The notes beneath the pieces are model-generated. The model was not told the origin of the DNA and did no database searches. It saw nothing but the letters and a program-made list of their open reading frames with translations. Shown here piece by piece: positions 1 through 10,086 of a stretch of 64,000 nucleotides of DNA (its first letter is position 1; every line of letters starts with the position of its first letter). Origin of the DNA: Terriglobales bacterium (lineage in GTDB: Bacteria; Acidobacteriota; Terriglobia; Terriglobales; Acidobacteriaceae); assembly GCA_963788475.1 (NCBI GenBank), contig CAWBGO010000005.1, positions 10,505 to 74,504 of the forward strand, in the 5' to 3' direction. The position numbers and the translations under genes are program-made.

Positions 1-2246
1 TGCAGGATCACTCCCTGCCGGGAGTGGTGCCCGAGGGCCTAAGCTATCCGGATTACTTCGACTGGCGCGCGCAGAACCACACTTTCAGCGGAATGGCCTC
101 GTACGTTGGCGGCGGAATCACGCTGGAATTGCAGGGCGTGTCGCAGCGCCTGGAGATGCAGACAGTCTCATCGAACTTCTTTGAGGTGCTCGGGGCAGCT
201 CCGATGCTGGGCCGCGATTTTCGCTCGGAGGATGAGACGGCTGGACATCGCGCGGTGATGTTGAGCTACTCGCTATGGCAATCGACATTCGGCGCTGCCA
301 GGAACATCGCCGGCGAATCGATCACCATGGATGGCCGCAGCTACACGGTTGCCGGGGTCATGCCCAAGGGATTTCAGTTTCCGCTTGAAAATCCTGGCCC
401 CGCTCTGTGGATCTCGATCGCGAACGATGTGGAAGGAAAGAAAACCAGCCAGCGCGGATTCGACGTTCTTCGCCTGATCGGCCGGTTGAAACACGGCGTA
501 AGTATAGACCAGGCCAAATCGGATTTGAGCATCATCGCCGGCAACCTGGCCCGCGCCTATCCTGACACAAGTAAGCCGTACGGTTCCGCCCTCGTCGAGC
601 CTGAACTCGAGAACATGACGGGCGACACCCGGCCCGCGCTGCGCGTGCTGTTCGGCGCGGTTACCCTCGTGCTGCTGATTGTGTGTGCCAACGTTGCCGG
701 CCTGCTGTTGGCCCGAGGCTCGCGGCGCAGCGCGGAGTTCGCCTTGCGCGCGGCCATCGGGGCCAGCCGGGTAGCGATCATCCGCCAGTTGCTGGTGGAA
801 TCGGCAACGTTGTCTCTCGGCGGCGGCGTGGCCGGCGTGGCGCTGGCATATTGGCTGCTGCACGCGGCGATGCGACTGATGCCGCTCGATATTCCGCGCA
901 TGCAGGAAGCGTCCATCGATGGAAGCGTGCTGCTCTTCGTTCTCGCTGTCTCTCTCGCGACGGCGGTCCTCTTTGGAGTATTTCCCGCATGGCGCATGTC
1001 GCGGTCGATGCCCGCGCAGGCGCTCCGCGATGGATCCCGAAGCGTGGTTGGAGCGAGCGGACGGAACCGTGTTCACAATGGACTGGTGATCGCCCAGACC
1101 GCCGTTGGCCTGGTGCTGCTGGTGAGTTCCGGGCTTTTGATCCGGAGTTTTATCCGCATCCTGAATGTCGATCCGGGTTTCGATCCGAGGCATGTGCTGT
1201 CTGCGAGGGCCGGAGTCTCATTCAACACCGTAAGCCACGATCAACATCTCCAATTCTTTCAGCGGGTGCAGGCACGCATTTCCGCACTGCCCGGCGTGCA
1301 GTCGGCCTCCGCGGGGTGGCCGCTGCCCATGAGCGGCATTCATGCCGGCATTTCCTTCAACATTCAGGGCCGGCCGATCGCCAAGGGAGACGAGCCGAGC
1401 GAAGCATTGGCGCTGGCGATGCCGGGCTACTTTGAAACCATGCGCATCCGGCTCGTCGCCGGCCGCACGTTTGGGGAACAGGACAGCCTCAAGGGCGCGC
1501 CAACCATCATCATCAACCAGGCATTCGCGAACAAGTATTTCCGCGGGGAGAATCCGCTCGGACGGCATATCCAGGTGCGTCTCGGCGATGATGTATTCGA
1601 TCAGTCAATCCGCGAAGTTGTCGGCGTGGTGGGAGACAGCAAGCTCATGAATCTGACCGCCGCCGCAGAGCCGCAGTACTATCTGCCCTACGCACAGGCG
1701 ATGGTGACCAATCCATTTTTGGTGGTTCGGAGCAGCGGTGATCCGGCCATGCTCGAAGACAGTCTCCGCGCAGCCATTCACGAAGTCGACGCAGGCGTGC
1801 CGGTCTACCAGGTTTCGACTCTTGAGAACTATCTATCGAAATCTGCCGCACAGCCGCGCTTTCAGACGTTTGTGCTGACCTGTTTTGCCGCGATCGCGCT
1901 GGTGCTTGCGGCCATTGGGTTATACGGCCTGCTGTCATACATGGTGGTGCAGCGCACCCTGGAGATCGGGCTGCGCATGGCGATGGGGGCACAACGCTTC
2001 GACGTACTGGGGATGATCGTCCGCCGCGGCTTGACGCTGGCGCTCATTGGACTGGGGGCCGGCGTGGCGATTTCGACGGTGGTGATGCGACTTCTGTCGG
2101 GGATGCTCTACGGCATCCGTCCCTACGACCCCGTCACCTTCGCAGCCACCGCAGGGCTGCTGCTTGTGGTCAGTGTTGCGGCCAGCATCGTGCCGGCCTG
2201 GCGGGCGGCGCGACTCGACCCGATTCAAACCCTGCGCGAACAGTAA
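1..2246 (+). CDS. ADOP-family duplicated ABC permease (MacB-like/FtsX x2), 5' end outside window
   Basis: Motifs LLIVCANVAGLLLAR, EFALRAAIGASR, VDPGFDP, QRTLEIGLRMAMGA, RAARLDPIQTLR; frame is open back to the window start. Confidence 0.92.
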   Translation, partial: QDHSLPGVVPEGLSYPDYFDWRAQNHTFSGMASYVGGGITLELQGVSQRLEMQTVSSNFFEVLGAAPMLGRDFRSEDETAGHRAVMLSYSLWQSTFGAARNIAGESITMDGRSYTVAGVMPKGFQFPLENPGPALWISIANDVEGKKTSQRGFDVLRLIGRLKHGVSIDQAKSDLSIIAGNLARAYPDTSKPYGSALVEPELENMTGDTRPALRVLFGAVTLVLLIVCANVAGLLLARGSRRSAEFALRAAIGASRVAIIRQLLVESATLSLGGGVAGVALAYWLLHAAMRLMPLDIPRMQEASIDGSVLLFVLAVSLATAVLFGVFPAWRMSRSMPAQALRDGSRSVVGASGRNRVHNGLVIAQTAVGLVLLVSSGLLIRSFIRILNVDPGFDPRHVLSARAGVSFNTVSHDQHLQFFQRVQARISALPGVQSASAGWPLPMSGIHAGISFNIQGRPIAKGDEPSEALALAMPGYFETMRIRLVAGRTFGEQDSLKGAPTIIINQAFANKYFRGENPLGRHIQVRLGDDVFDQSIREVVGVVGDSKLMNLTAAAEPQYYLPYAQAMVTNPFLVVRSSGDPAMLEDSLRAAIHEVDAGVPVYQVSTLENYLSKSAAQPRFQTFVLTCFAAIALVLAAIGLYGLLSYMVVQRTLEIGLRMAMGAQRFDVLGMIVRRGLTLALIGLGAGVAISTVVMRLLSGMLYGIRPYDPVTFAATAGLLLVVSVAASIVPAWRAARLDPIQTLREQ

Positions 2247-2441
2247 GTCTTCCAACGGAAATCTGCGGCCTATGCGTCGGTTATTCCGAGTGGCGAGGCG
2301 CGCTCACCTGTTTGCCGCAGCGCGGCGAATTCACAGCGATGTGCTTGTCGACACTGACGGGTCAGAAACAAAGACGGCAGACTGAGAGACAGGCGGCTTG
2401 TGGTGCGTGCGGCCGCAGCGTTCGCCGGAAAAGGAACTGTC

Positions 2442-2849
2442 ATGCAAGTCGATGTCAGGCAATTAGATAACGTGAAGTTCTCGATCCACGCGCGTCAACA
2501 CGCCCTGGTATGCGATCAGCCCGTGGAGAATGGTGGATTCGACGAGGGAATGACGCCGCCTGAACTGCTGCTGGCTTCTCTTGGTTCCTGCGCCGCATTT
2601 TATGCGGTGCAATATCTCAAGACCCGGTGCCTGGACGCGGGTGCAGTGGAGGTGTCGGTGCATGCGGAGAAGCTGAAGAATCCGGGGCGCCTGGGGCACT
2701 TCCAGATCGAAGTTCGCTGCCCCCGGGCACTCACCAACGAGCAGCAGCAAGGTATGCTTCGCTCGGTGCACGCTTGCCTGGTTCACAACACGCTGATGTC
2801 GGTGCCGGATATTGAGATCCTGGTGAAAACGCCTGAACTCGTGGCTTGA
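2442..2849 (+). CDS. OsmC/Ohr family protein
   Basis: DQP..NGG.DEGMTPPELLLASLGSCAA and CLVHNTL two-Cys motifs; AAGGAA RBS before ATG 2442. Confidence 0.88.
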   Translation: MQVDVRQLDNVKFSIHARQHALVCDQPVENGGFDEGMTPPELLLASLGSCAAFYAVQYLKTRCLDAGAVEVSVHAEKLKNPGRLGHFQIEVRCPRALTNEQQQGMLRSVHACLVHNTLMSVPDIEILVKTPELVA

Positions 2850-2888
2850 GGCCTGTGAGTGCCAGTCTGAGTCACGAAAATCCATACC

Positions 2889-3099
2889 GCAGCGGCTAAC
2901 GTCGCGTTGATTCTCAACGCTTTACGGCACGACGAAACAGGCTTCTGAAAAGGGCATGGTTTCGAGCGAAGTTCCCCAAAAGCATGCCTCAGGGGCTAAA
3001 GCCCGCGTTGACATTGCATGGCTTATACCGGGGATGAATCCCCGGCCTACCGCCCGAACGACTTTTTCAGCAAGCTGTAACGGTCGCGCCGCTTCAAAA
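2889..3099. repeat. Composite REP-like element with nested MITE-like insert
   Basis: Outer arms GGCACGAC (2926-2933) and GTCGCGCC (3083-3090) are split by a 142-bp unit with imperfect TIRs; the unit contains GGGGCTAAAGCCC and CCGGGGATGAATCCCCGG hairpins. Confidence 0.75.
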
Positions 3100-3201
3100 C
3101 CGGAGTTTGGCTCGCGTTCAGGGACTGAGCTAAACTGAAGGCGGTATCCGCGTTCTGCGCGCGTGGCCCGGCGGGCGTCTTCAGCGCGGTTCCCCATTCT
3201 C

Positions 3202-4056
3202 ATGACAACGCAACTGGACACAATTCTGGCTACAACGCGAGCCACGGTGGCGCTGGCACGCGAGCGCGTTCCGAGGGCGGAACTGGAACGACGCGCGGCG
3301 GAGCATCGGCCGCGGGGATGGGCCGCGGCGCTGCGGCGCAAGGCTGCGACCGGCACAGCAGTCATTGCTGAAATCAAAAAGGCGTCGCCTTCGAAGGGCC
3401 TCATCCGCGCGGACTTTGATGTTGAGTGGCTGGCACAGCGCTATGCAGGCGGTGGCGCGGCCGCGCTGTCCGTGCTGACCGACGAACCCTATTTCCAAGG
3501 CTCATTGCGAAACCTGGAGCTTGCGTCTGATGCGGTTGGAATTCCCTGCCTGCGCAAGGATTTCATGGTGGACGAATACCAGATCGTGGAAGCGCGCGCT
3601 CATCGGGCCGACGCGATTCTGCTGATCGCGGCGGCGCTCGGCAGTGTGGAGTTAAGCCGTCTCGCCAGGGCCGCCCATGATCTCTCCCTCGACGTTCTTG
3701 TCGAGGTGCATGCCGTGTGTGAACTCGACCGGGTGCTCGAGACGCTGGGGCAGTCCGACGCCGACGCCATCGGCGTGAACAATCGCGACTTGAACACCTT
3801 TGAGGTCCGGCTGGATACATCACTCGAATTGATCGGGCGAATCCCGCGCAGCGTCGTGCGCGTGGCGGAAAGCGGGATCACTACGCTGGACGAAATTGCA
3901 CGGTTGCGCGCCGTCGGTTTCGACGCGTTCCTGATCGGCGAAAGCCTGATGCGGCAGGCCGATCCGGGCGACGCACTGGCGGACTTGCTGACGCGAGATC
4001 CCAGGTCTCAAAATCGAGACCTGGGGCACCCATATGGGCCGGTCGCAATGCCATGA
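3202..4056 (+). CDS. trpC: Indole-3-glycerol phosphate synthase
   Basis: IAEIKKASPSKG, LSVLTDEPYFQGS, LRKDF, IGVNNRDL, VAESGI, FLIGESLM. Confidence 0.97.
   Translation: MTTQLDTILATTRATVALARERVPRAELERRAAEHRPRGWAAALRRKAATGTAVIAEIKKASPSKGLIRADFDVEWLAQRYAGGGAAALSVLTDEPYFQGSLRNLELASDAVGIPCLRKDFMVDEYQIVEARAHRADAILLIAAALGSVELSRLARAAHDLSLDVLVEVHAVCELDRVLETLGQSDADAIGVNNRDLNTFEVRLDTSLELIGRIPRSVVRVAESGITTLDEIARLRAVGFDAFLIGESLMRQADPGDALADLLTRDPRSQNRDLGHPYGPVAMP
3999..4031 (+). repeat. Family-A palindromic repeat inside the trpC 3' end
   Basis: CCCAGGTCTC-AAAATC-GAGACCTGGG-GCACCC; near-identical intergenic copy on the minus strand at 24771-24806. Confidence 0.85.
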
Positions 4057-4760
4057 GCGCTGCTTCGGCCCTCTGGATCAAGATCTGCGGAAACACCACG
4101 CTTCAGGATGCGCAACTCGCGGCTGAGGCAGGGGCCGACGCGGTGGGCTTTGTGTTCGCGCCCAGCCCGCGGCGGGTTACGGCCGCGCAGGTTGCGGCGA
4201 TTACACCTTATCTTCCGTCCCCACTGGAAAAGATCGGTGTTTTTGTCGATGCCACGCTGGATGAAATCAGCGCGACAGTGCGTGACTGCGGCCTGACCGG
4301 CGTGCAGCTGCACTCCGAATCCGGCCCCGGCATCACTGCGCAATTGCGGGCGAGTTTCGGAATGAAATTGCGGATTCTGCGCGTGGTGCACTTCGGGCCT
4401 GACGCCGCCGATCATGCTGCCGCGATCACGGCCGACGAAAATGTGGATGCGATTCTGGTGGATTCGCGCACCGCGACCGCGGTGGGGGGCACGGGTGTGG
4501 TCTTCGATTGGGGTACAGCGCGCGAGACTCTCTTTCAAAGCACGGAAGGACGCCGGAGGATGGTTGCTGCCGGGGGACTGACTCCCGACAACGTTGTCGA
4601 GGCGATCGCCACCCTGCGACCGTGGGGCGTCGACGTGGCGAGCGGAGTGGAGATGGCGCCGGGCCGCAAGGACCCGCGGAAGGTTCGCGATTTTATCGCC
4701 AATGTTCGCGCTGGAGTTGGGGCATCGCGTGGTGTGCCAGAAGTTCGTTGCATCGATTGA
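4053..4760 (+). CDS. trpF: Phosphoribosylanthranilate isomerase
   Basis: WIKICG, GADAVGFVF, VQLH, GGTG..FDW, AGGLTPDNV, PWGVDVASGVE; ATGA overlap with trpC. Confidence 0.96.
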   Translation: MSAASALWIKICGNTTLQDAQLAAEAGADAVGFVFAPSPRRVTAAQVAAITPYLPSPLEKIGVFVDATLDEISATVRDCGLTGVQLHSESGPGITAQLRASFGMKLRILRVVHFGPDAADHAAAITADENVDAILVDSRTATAVGGTGVVFDWGTARETLFQSTEGRRRMVAAGGLTPDNVVEAIATLRPWGVDVASGVEMAPGRKDPRKVRDFIANVRAGVGASRGVPEVRCID

Positions 4761-4772
4761 AGCGGTCGAACT

Positions 4773-4852
4773 GCAGATCCCTTCGGCTTCGCTCCGGGCA
4801 GGCATTCGACTACGATTGGCGCAGGAGAGCGCCAGTGTTCGCTCCTCAGGAC
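4773..4852. repeat. REP-like element (GCAGATCCCTTCG...CTCAGGAC type)
   Basis: Resembles dispersed GTC(AT)CCTGAG...CGAAGG(G)ATCTGC repeats on the minus strand; single copy in this window, so the call rests on recall. Confidence 0.5.
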
Positions 4853-4866
4853 CAAGCCTGGTTTGG

Positions 4867-4924
4867 GTTCGAGGTATCCCACCCTAGCGACAAAAACAAA
4901 GACGTCGCGAGGGTGGGGCACCCG
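4867..4924 (+). repeat. Family-A palindromic repeat
   Basis: GTTCGAGGTATCCCACCCTAGCGAC-AAAAACAAAGAC-GTCGCGAGGGTGGGGCACCC. Confidence 0.88.
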
Positions 4925-4959
4925 GAGGTTGATCATTTTCGATGAAGGCAAATCTTGGT

Positions 4960-5526
4960 ATGAAAAGGTTCATTCTTACCGGCACGCCTGGAGCAGGAAA
5001 AACAGCCGTCCTCCGTCAATTGGAGCGGGACGGATTCAGCGTGGTCGAAGAGGCAGCGACCGATGTCATCGCGCTGTCGCAGGCGTGCGGTGTGGCAGAA
5101 CCGTGGACGCACGCCTCATTCATCGACACCGTCGCTGATCTGCAAAGGCGGCGGCAGATCAGAGCCGCACACGATCCGTGCGAGGTGCAGTTTCATGACC
5201 GTTCGGCCATCTGCACGGTCGCGTTGGCGGCCTATCTGGGCTTTCCCGTGAGCTCTGCGCTGGGGCACGAGCTGGAACGGCTGCGGACGGAGAAGATCTT
5301 TGAGCGGGAAGTCTTCTTTCTTCGCAATCTTGGTCATGTTGCACCGACTGAAGCGCGGCGCATCAGTTACGACGAGGCGCTGCGATTCGAGCAGATCCAT
5401 GAACAGACGTATCGCGATATGGGTTTTGCGATCGTCTGGATTGAGCCTGGAAGCGTGGCCGACCGTGCGGCTTCGATCAAGAGGCTGGCAGGGGCCGCTG
5501 GACCGTTGTCGTCCCTTGTACACTGA
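4960..5526 (+). CDS. NadR/Ttd14-like AAA_28 P-loop ATPase/kinase
   Basis: N-terminal [11 protein letters not shown] Walker [33 protein letters not shown]; alternative ATG at 4942. Confidence 0.8.
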   Translation: MKRFILTGTPGAGKTAVLRQLERDGFSVVEEAATDVIALSQACGVAEPWTHASFIDTVADLQRRRQIRAAHDPCEVQFHDRSAICTVALAAYLGFPVSSALGHELERLRTEKIFEREVFFLRNLGHVAPTEARRISYDEALRFEQIHEQTYRDMGFAIVWIEPGSVADRAASIKRLAGAAGPLSSLVH

Positions 5527-5566
5527 GAAGTTGCGCGATTCCTGCGCGAACGCCCCAGGGGGTTCT

Positions 5567-6788
5567 ATGGCATCGGTGATTCTTCCTTCAATTCCTTCCG
5601 AGTCGCGCCCCGGACGCTTTGGCGTGTATGGCGGCCGGTATGTGCCGGAGACGCTGATGGCGGCGTTGCTGGAACTCGAGCACGAGTATGAAGTTGCCAA
5701 GGCCGACGCTGCGTTCCAGGCTGAACTGGACTTGCTGCTGAAGGATTTTGCCGGCCGGCCCACGCCGCTTTACTTTGCCAAGCGCATGACTGAGGACCTG
5801 GGCGGCGCCAGAATCTACCTCAAGCGCGAAGACCTGCTCCACACGGGCGCCCACAAGATCAACAACGCCCTGGGCCAGGGGCTGCTCGCGAGGCGGATGG
5901 GCAAGCATCGCATCATTGCCGAGACCGGGCGCCGGCCAGCACGGCGTCGCCACGGCTACAGTGTGCGCGCTGCTGGGCATGGAGTGCGTCATCTACATGG
6001 GCGACGTGGACATGGCGCGCCAGGAGCTGAATGTACTGCGCATGCGGCTGCTGGGGGCGGAAGTGCGCGGCGTGTCGTCGGGCTCGAAGACGCTGAAGGA
6101 CGCTATCAGCGAAGCCATGCGGGACTGGGTCACCAACGTGCGGACGACGCATTACCTGCTGGGAAGCGCGCTCGGCGCGCATCCCTATCCCACCATGGTG
6201 CGCGATTTTCATCGCTGCATCAGCCGCGAGATGAAGGCAGCAGATCCTGGAGAAGGAAGGCCGCCTGCCTACGGCTGTGATCGCTTGCGTGGGCGGCGGG
6301 TCGAACGCCATCGGCGCTTTCTACGAGTTCCTGAACGACCGCCAGGTACGGCTGATCGGCGTCGAGGCCGGCGGCCGCGGAACGGCGCTGGGCGAGCACG
6401 CGGCACGGTTCAGCGGCGGGGCGCCGGGCGTGCTGCAGGGGACCTATTCGTATGTCCTGCAGGATGAGAACGGGCAGATTGCGCGCGACTCATTCGGTGT
6501 CGGCGGGATTGGACTATGCTTCGATCGGGCCCGGAACATGCGGCCCTGCACGATTCGGGGCGCGCCGAGTATGTTTCGCAGGACGACGCGGCGGCCCTCG
6601 ATGCCGTGGTGAAGCTGGCCCGCACCGAGGGAATCCTGCCCGCACTCGAAAGCGCGCACGCGGTGGCCGAGTGCATGCGCATCGCTCCCACGCTTTCGCC
6701 GCGTGACATACTTGTAGTGAACCTCTCCGGACGCGGCGACAAGGACATGGGTATCCTTGCCCAGCAGCTGCACATTGAGGGAGCGTAA
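5567..6788 (+). CDS. trpB: Tryptophan synthase beta chain (apparent frameshifts near 5930, 6240, 6485, 6530)
   Basis: [80 protein letters not shown] distributed over three frames. Confidence 0.95.
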
Positions 6789-6801
6789 GCGAAGAACTTC
6801 G

Positions 6802-7602
6802 ATGCCCATTCGATTCGATCACAAACCAGGCCTGGTGGTGTATTTCACGGCCGGTGACCCGACGCTGGAAGCGACGCGCGCCATTGCGCTGGCGGCCATT
6901 GATGCCGGTGCGGATGTGATCGAGCTGGGAGTGCCGTTCAGCGATCCGCTGGGCGACGGCCCCGTGATTCAGCGAGCCATGGAACGAGCCGTAGCCCGCG
7001 GGGTACGCGCTGGCCGATGTGCTCGCCGTCGCGCGCGACATTCGCTCCGCGCGGCCGGACGCGGGCCTGATCATCTTTACTTATCTCAATCCCATTTTGC
7101 GCTACGGGCTGGCGCGCTTTGCCGATGACGCGGCCGCAGCCGGCGCCGATGGCGTGCTGGTCATCGACATGATTGTCGAAGAAGCCGCCGAGTACCTGGC
7201 TGAAATGGATCGCGTGGGACTGGCGCCGGTGTTTCTGGCTGCGCCCACCAGTCCCGATGACCGGCTCGAAGCCATCGCGGCGCATTCCACGCGGATTTGT
7301 ATACGCGATTTCGCGCGTGGGCATTACCGGCAAGCAGCAGGCCATGACCTCCGATGCGGCTGCGCTGGTGGCGCGCGATTCGCGCGTCTTTCGCACCAGG
7401 CCGGAGCAAGCTGCCGGTGGCTGTCGGTTTCGGCATCTCCAACGCGCAACATGTCGCCCAGGTGGCGGAGTTTGCGGATGCCGCGGTCGTCGGCAGCGCC
7501 ATTGTGGAGTTGATCGAGCGGTCCACTCCCGAGACCGCGCCCGGCGAGGTCTCTCGATTTATCAAGGGCCTTCGCCAGCCTGAATCGGCGTTGGCCCGTT
7601 AA
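6802..7602 (+). CDS. trpA: Tryptophan synthase alpha chain (frameshifted)
   Basis: [63 protein letters not shown] across frames. Confidence 0.94.
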
Positions 7603-7630
7603 ATCAGAGATCGGGCGTGTGAGCTGCATT

Positions 7631-7681
7631 GCTATCCCACCCTAGCCGCAAAAACAGAGACGCGGCGAGGATGGGACACCC
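7631..7681 (+). repeat. Family-A palindromic repeat
   Basis: TATCCCACCCTAGCCGC-AAAAACAGAGAC-GCGGCGAGGATGGGACACCC. Confidence 0.85.
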
Positions 7682-7762
7682 AGATTTATCGATCAACTCT
7701 TGTTCCTGCGCAGCCGAATCCTGCGGCGTGCCGCATGTTCGACCGCGCAACACGAGGATGGA

Positions 7763-8131
7763 ATGACGCTGGAAGAATTGCGGAATCGAATCGATGTGCT
7801 GGACCGCCAGCTTGTGGAATTGCTGAGCGAGCGGGCCCGCGCCGCGCTGATGATAGGGCACCTCAAGGCCGCCACTTCGCTGCCCGTCTATGAGCCGGCG
7901 CGCGAGAAGGTGATCTACGCCAACGTGCGCGAGGCCAACAAGGGACCGCTGCCGGACATCGAGCTTACGCATATCTACGAGCGGATCATCGACGTGATGC
8001 GGGCCTTGCAGAGAAACGAGTTGGCATCGGAGAGAAATGCCCAGGCGGCCCAGAGCCAGAGTCAGGCGCAGAGCGGGATGTCGGGCCACGGCACAGGCGC
8101 AGGAGCGCCGGAGACAGGGAAGAAGCAATGA
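7763..8131 (+). CDS. Chorismate mutase (AroQ / type II)
   Basis: LEELRNRIDVLDRQLVELLSERA...IGHLK...VYEPARE; GAGGA RBS. Confidence 0.9.
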   Translation: MTLEELRNRIDVLDRQLVELLSERARAALMIGHLKAATSLPVYEPAREKVIYANVREANKGPLPDIELTHIYERIIDVMRALQRNELASERNAQAAQSQSQAQSGMSGHGTGAGAPETGKKQ

Positions 8132-9144
8132 TCGTAGCAATGCAGGAGAAGGCCACCGAAGAGCAGATCGATGCGGTGATCGACGCGATGACCGAGTCCG
8201 GGGTCGAGGTCCATCGGACCACCGGCCAGAGCCAAACCATTCTGGCGGCGGTTGGACCGACGGCCAGCCTCGATCTGAGCAAGTTTGAACTGCTGCCCGG
8301 CGTGATGCACGTCCACCGCATCAGTTCGCCCTACAAACTGGCCGGCCGCGGCTTCCGCCCCGAAGGCACGGTGGTTGAATTTCGCAACGGCGTCAAGCTG
8401 GGTGGCGAACGCGTGCTGGTCATGGCCGGACCGTGCTCGATCGAGAGCCGCGCACAGATGTTCGAAACCGCCGAGCACGTCAAGGCGTCGGGAGGAACAT
8501 TCCTGCGCGGCGGCGCGTTCAAGCCCCGCAGCTCGCCCTACTCGTTCCAGGGGATGGGCATTCCGGGCCTCGAGCTGATGCGGGAAGCGGCCGATGCGCA
8601 CGGCCTGCTGGTGGTCAGCGAGGTGATGGAGATTGCGCAGATCGAGCCCATGCTGCCCTACGTCGACCTGCTGCAGGTGGGGGCGCGCAACATGCAGAAC
8701 TTCAACCTGCTGCGCGAACTCGGGCAGGTCCGCAAACCGGTTCTGCTGAAGCGGGGCATGGCGGCCACGGTGGAAGAGCTGCTCCTCTCGAGCGAATACA
8801 TTCTTTCCGGCGGCAACTACGACGTGATCCTGTGCGAACGCGGCATCCGTACCTATGAGACGGCCACGCGCAACACCATGGACATCTCCGCCATTCCGGT
8901 GGTGAAGAAGCTGTCGCACCTGCCGATTGTGGCCGATCCATCGCACGGCACCGGACGCCGCGACATGGTGGCTCCCATGGCCAGGGCGGCGGTGGCCGCG
9001 GGCGCCGACGCTATTCTTGTGGAAGTGCACCCCAACGCCGACAAGGCCGCATCCGATGCGGCGCAGACGCTCTATCTCGACCAGTTCGATAAGCTGATGG
9101 GCGAGCTGCGCCTGATTGCCACGGCCGTGGGACGAACGCTGTAA
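8128..9144 (+). CDS. aroF: DAHP synthase, class I-beta with N-terminal regulatory domain
   Basis: AGPCSIES, RGGAFKPRSSPYSFQG, QVGARNMQNF, ILCERGIRT, DPSHGTGRR, VEVHP. Confidence 0.96.
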   Translation: MIVAMQEKATEEQIDAVIDAMTESGVEVHRTTGQSQTILAAVGPTASLDLSKFELLPGVMHVHRISSPYKLAGRGFRPEGTVVEFRNGVKLGGERVLVMAGPCSIESRAQMFETAEHVKASGGTFLRGGAFKPRSSPYSFQGMGIPGLELMREAADAHGLLVVSEVMEIAQIEPMLPYVDLLQVGARNMQNFNLLRELGQVRKPVLLKRGMAATVEELLLSSEYILSGGNYDVILCERGIRTYETATRNTMDISAIPVVKKLSHLPIVADPSHGTGRRDMVAPMARAAVAAGADAILVEVHPNADKAASDAAQTLYLDQFDKLMGELRLIATAVGRTL

Positions 9145-9175
9145 GAACCTCGCTGGAAGACTGGAAATCCACCGC

Positions 9176-10039
9176 ATGATCGAGCGCATCGCCATCCTGG
9201 GCACAGGCTTGCTGGGCACATCGGTTGGCCTTGCGCTGCGAGCGGCAGGATTCAAAGGTTCGATCGTCGGCTGGAACCGCAGTGCGGAGGGCGCGAACGA
9301 AGCGCTCTCAATGCACGCCATCGACTCCATTGCGCCGGATGCCGTTGAGGCTGCACGCGAGAGCCAGGTCGTGGTGTTGTGCGTGCCCATCTATTCCACG
9401 CTCGATTACATGGAGCAGCTCGCCGGCATCCTTGGCCCCGGGCACCTGGTGACCGACGTGGGCAGCACCAAGGCGCAGATCACGGCCGCGGCAGGGCGCC
9501 TGTTCAACGCACCGGATCGCGCGGGTTTTCTTCCCGGGCATCCCATGGCGGGCAAGGAACGCGGCGGAGCGGCACTTGGGGACGGCAACCTTTTTCGCGG
9601 CGCGGTGTGGCTGTTTACGGACGACCCGGCGTGGGAACGTTCGCCCTTGTCCGCAACCCTCGCCTCGAGCTGGCGCGGTTGGGTCGTGGCCATGGGCTCG
9701 AAGACGATCGATCTTGACGCGGGGCGCCATGACGAACTGCTGGCCTGGGTCAGCCACCTGCCGCAGTTCACGGCCACGGCGCTCAGTTCCCTTCTCGAAG
9801 ACCACGTAGGCGACGCGCCGGAACTGAAGCAGGTCGGGGGCCGCGCCCTGCGTGAAATGACGCGCCTCGGCGCCAGCCCATTCTCGATGTGGCGCGATAT
9901 CGCGCACACGAATACGGCAGCGATCGAAGCCGCGCTCGAGGCCCTCGAGCAGCGCATCGCCCATATCCGCGAAAACCTGCGCACCCCTGAGCTGCGCGAT
10001 GAGTTTGAGCGCGCCAACCAGTTTCGCCGCGGGTCATAA
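9176..10039 (+). CDS. tyrA: Prephenate/arogenate dehydrogenase
   Basis: IAILGTGLLGTS Rossmann motif, TDVGSTK, GHPMAGKE, HDELLAWVSHLPQ, MTRLG, MWRDI. Confidence 0.93.
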   Translation: MIERIAILGTGLLGTSVGLALRAAGFKGSIVGWNRSAEGANEALSMHAIDSIAPDAVEAARESQVVVLCVPIYSTLDYMEQLAGILGPGHLVTDVGSTKAQITAAAGRLFNAPDRAGFLPGHPMAGKERGGAALGDGNLFRGAVWLFTDDPAWERSPLSATLASSWRGWVVAMGSKTIDLDAGRHDELLAWVSHLPQFTATALSSLLEDHVGDAPELKQVGGRALREMTRLGASPFSMWRDIAHTNTAAIEAALEALEQRIAHIRENLRTPELRDEFERANQFRRGS

Positions 10040-10086
10040 CGCGTTCAGCCTTCCGAAGAGGGCATGATCCGTCACGCAGGGCGAAC

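Noticed and set aside
3100-3201. Trp attenuator or leader peptide upstream of trpC
   Set aside because: No Trp-codon leader or T-box is visible; upstream hairpins belong to the REP composite.
5567-7602. Programmed frameshifting or true pseudogenisation of trpB/trpA
   Set aside because: There are multiple scattered indels without slippery sites, catalytic motifs are intact, and the normally essential lpxC shows the same pattern; consensus error is more likely.
8062-9390. Long antisense or alternative-frame ORFs (also 14940-16217, 46422-47606, 55759-57102, 52887-53918)
   Set aside because: Shadow ORFs of well-supported genes in high-GC DNA, with no motifs.
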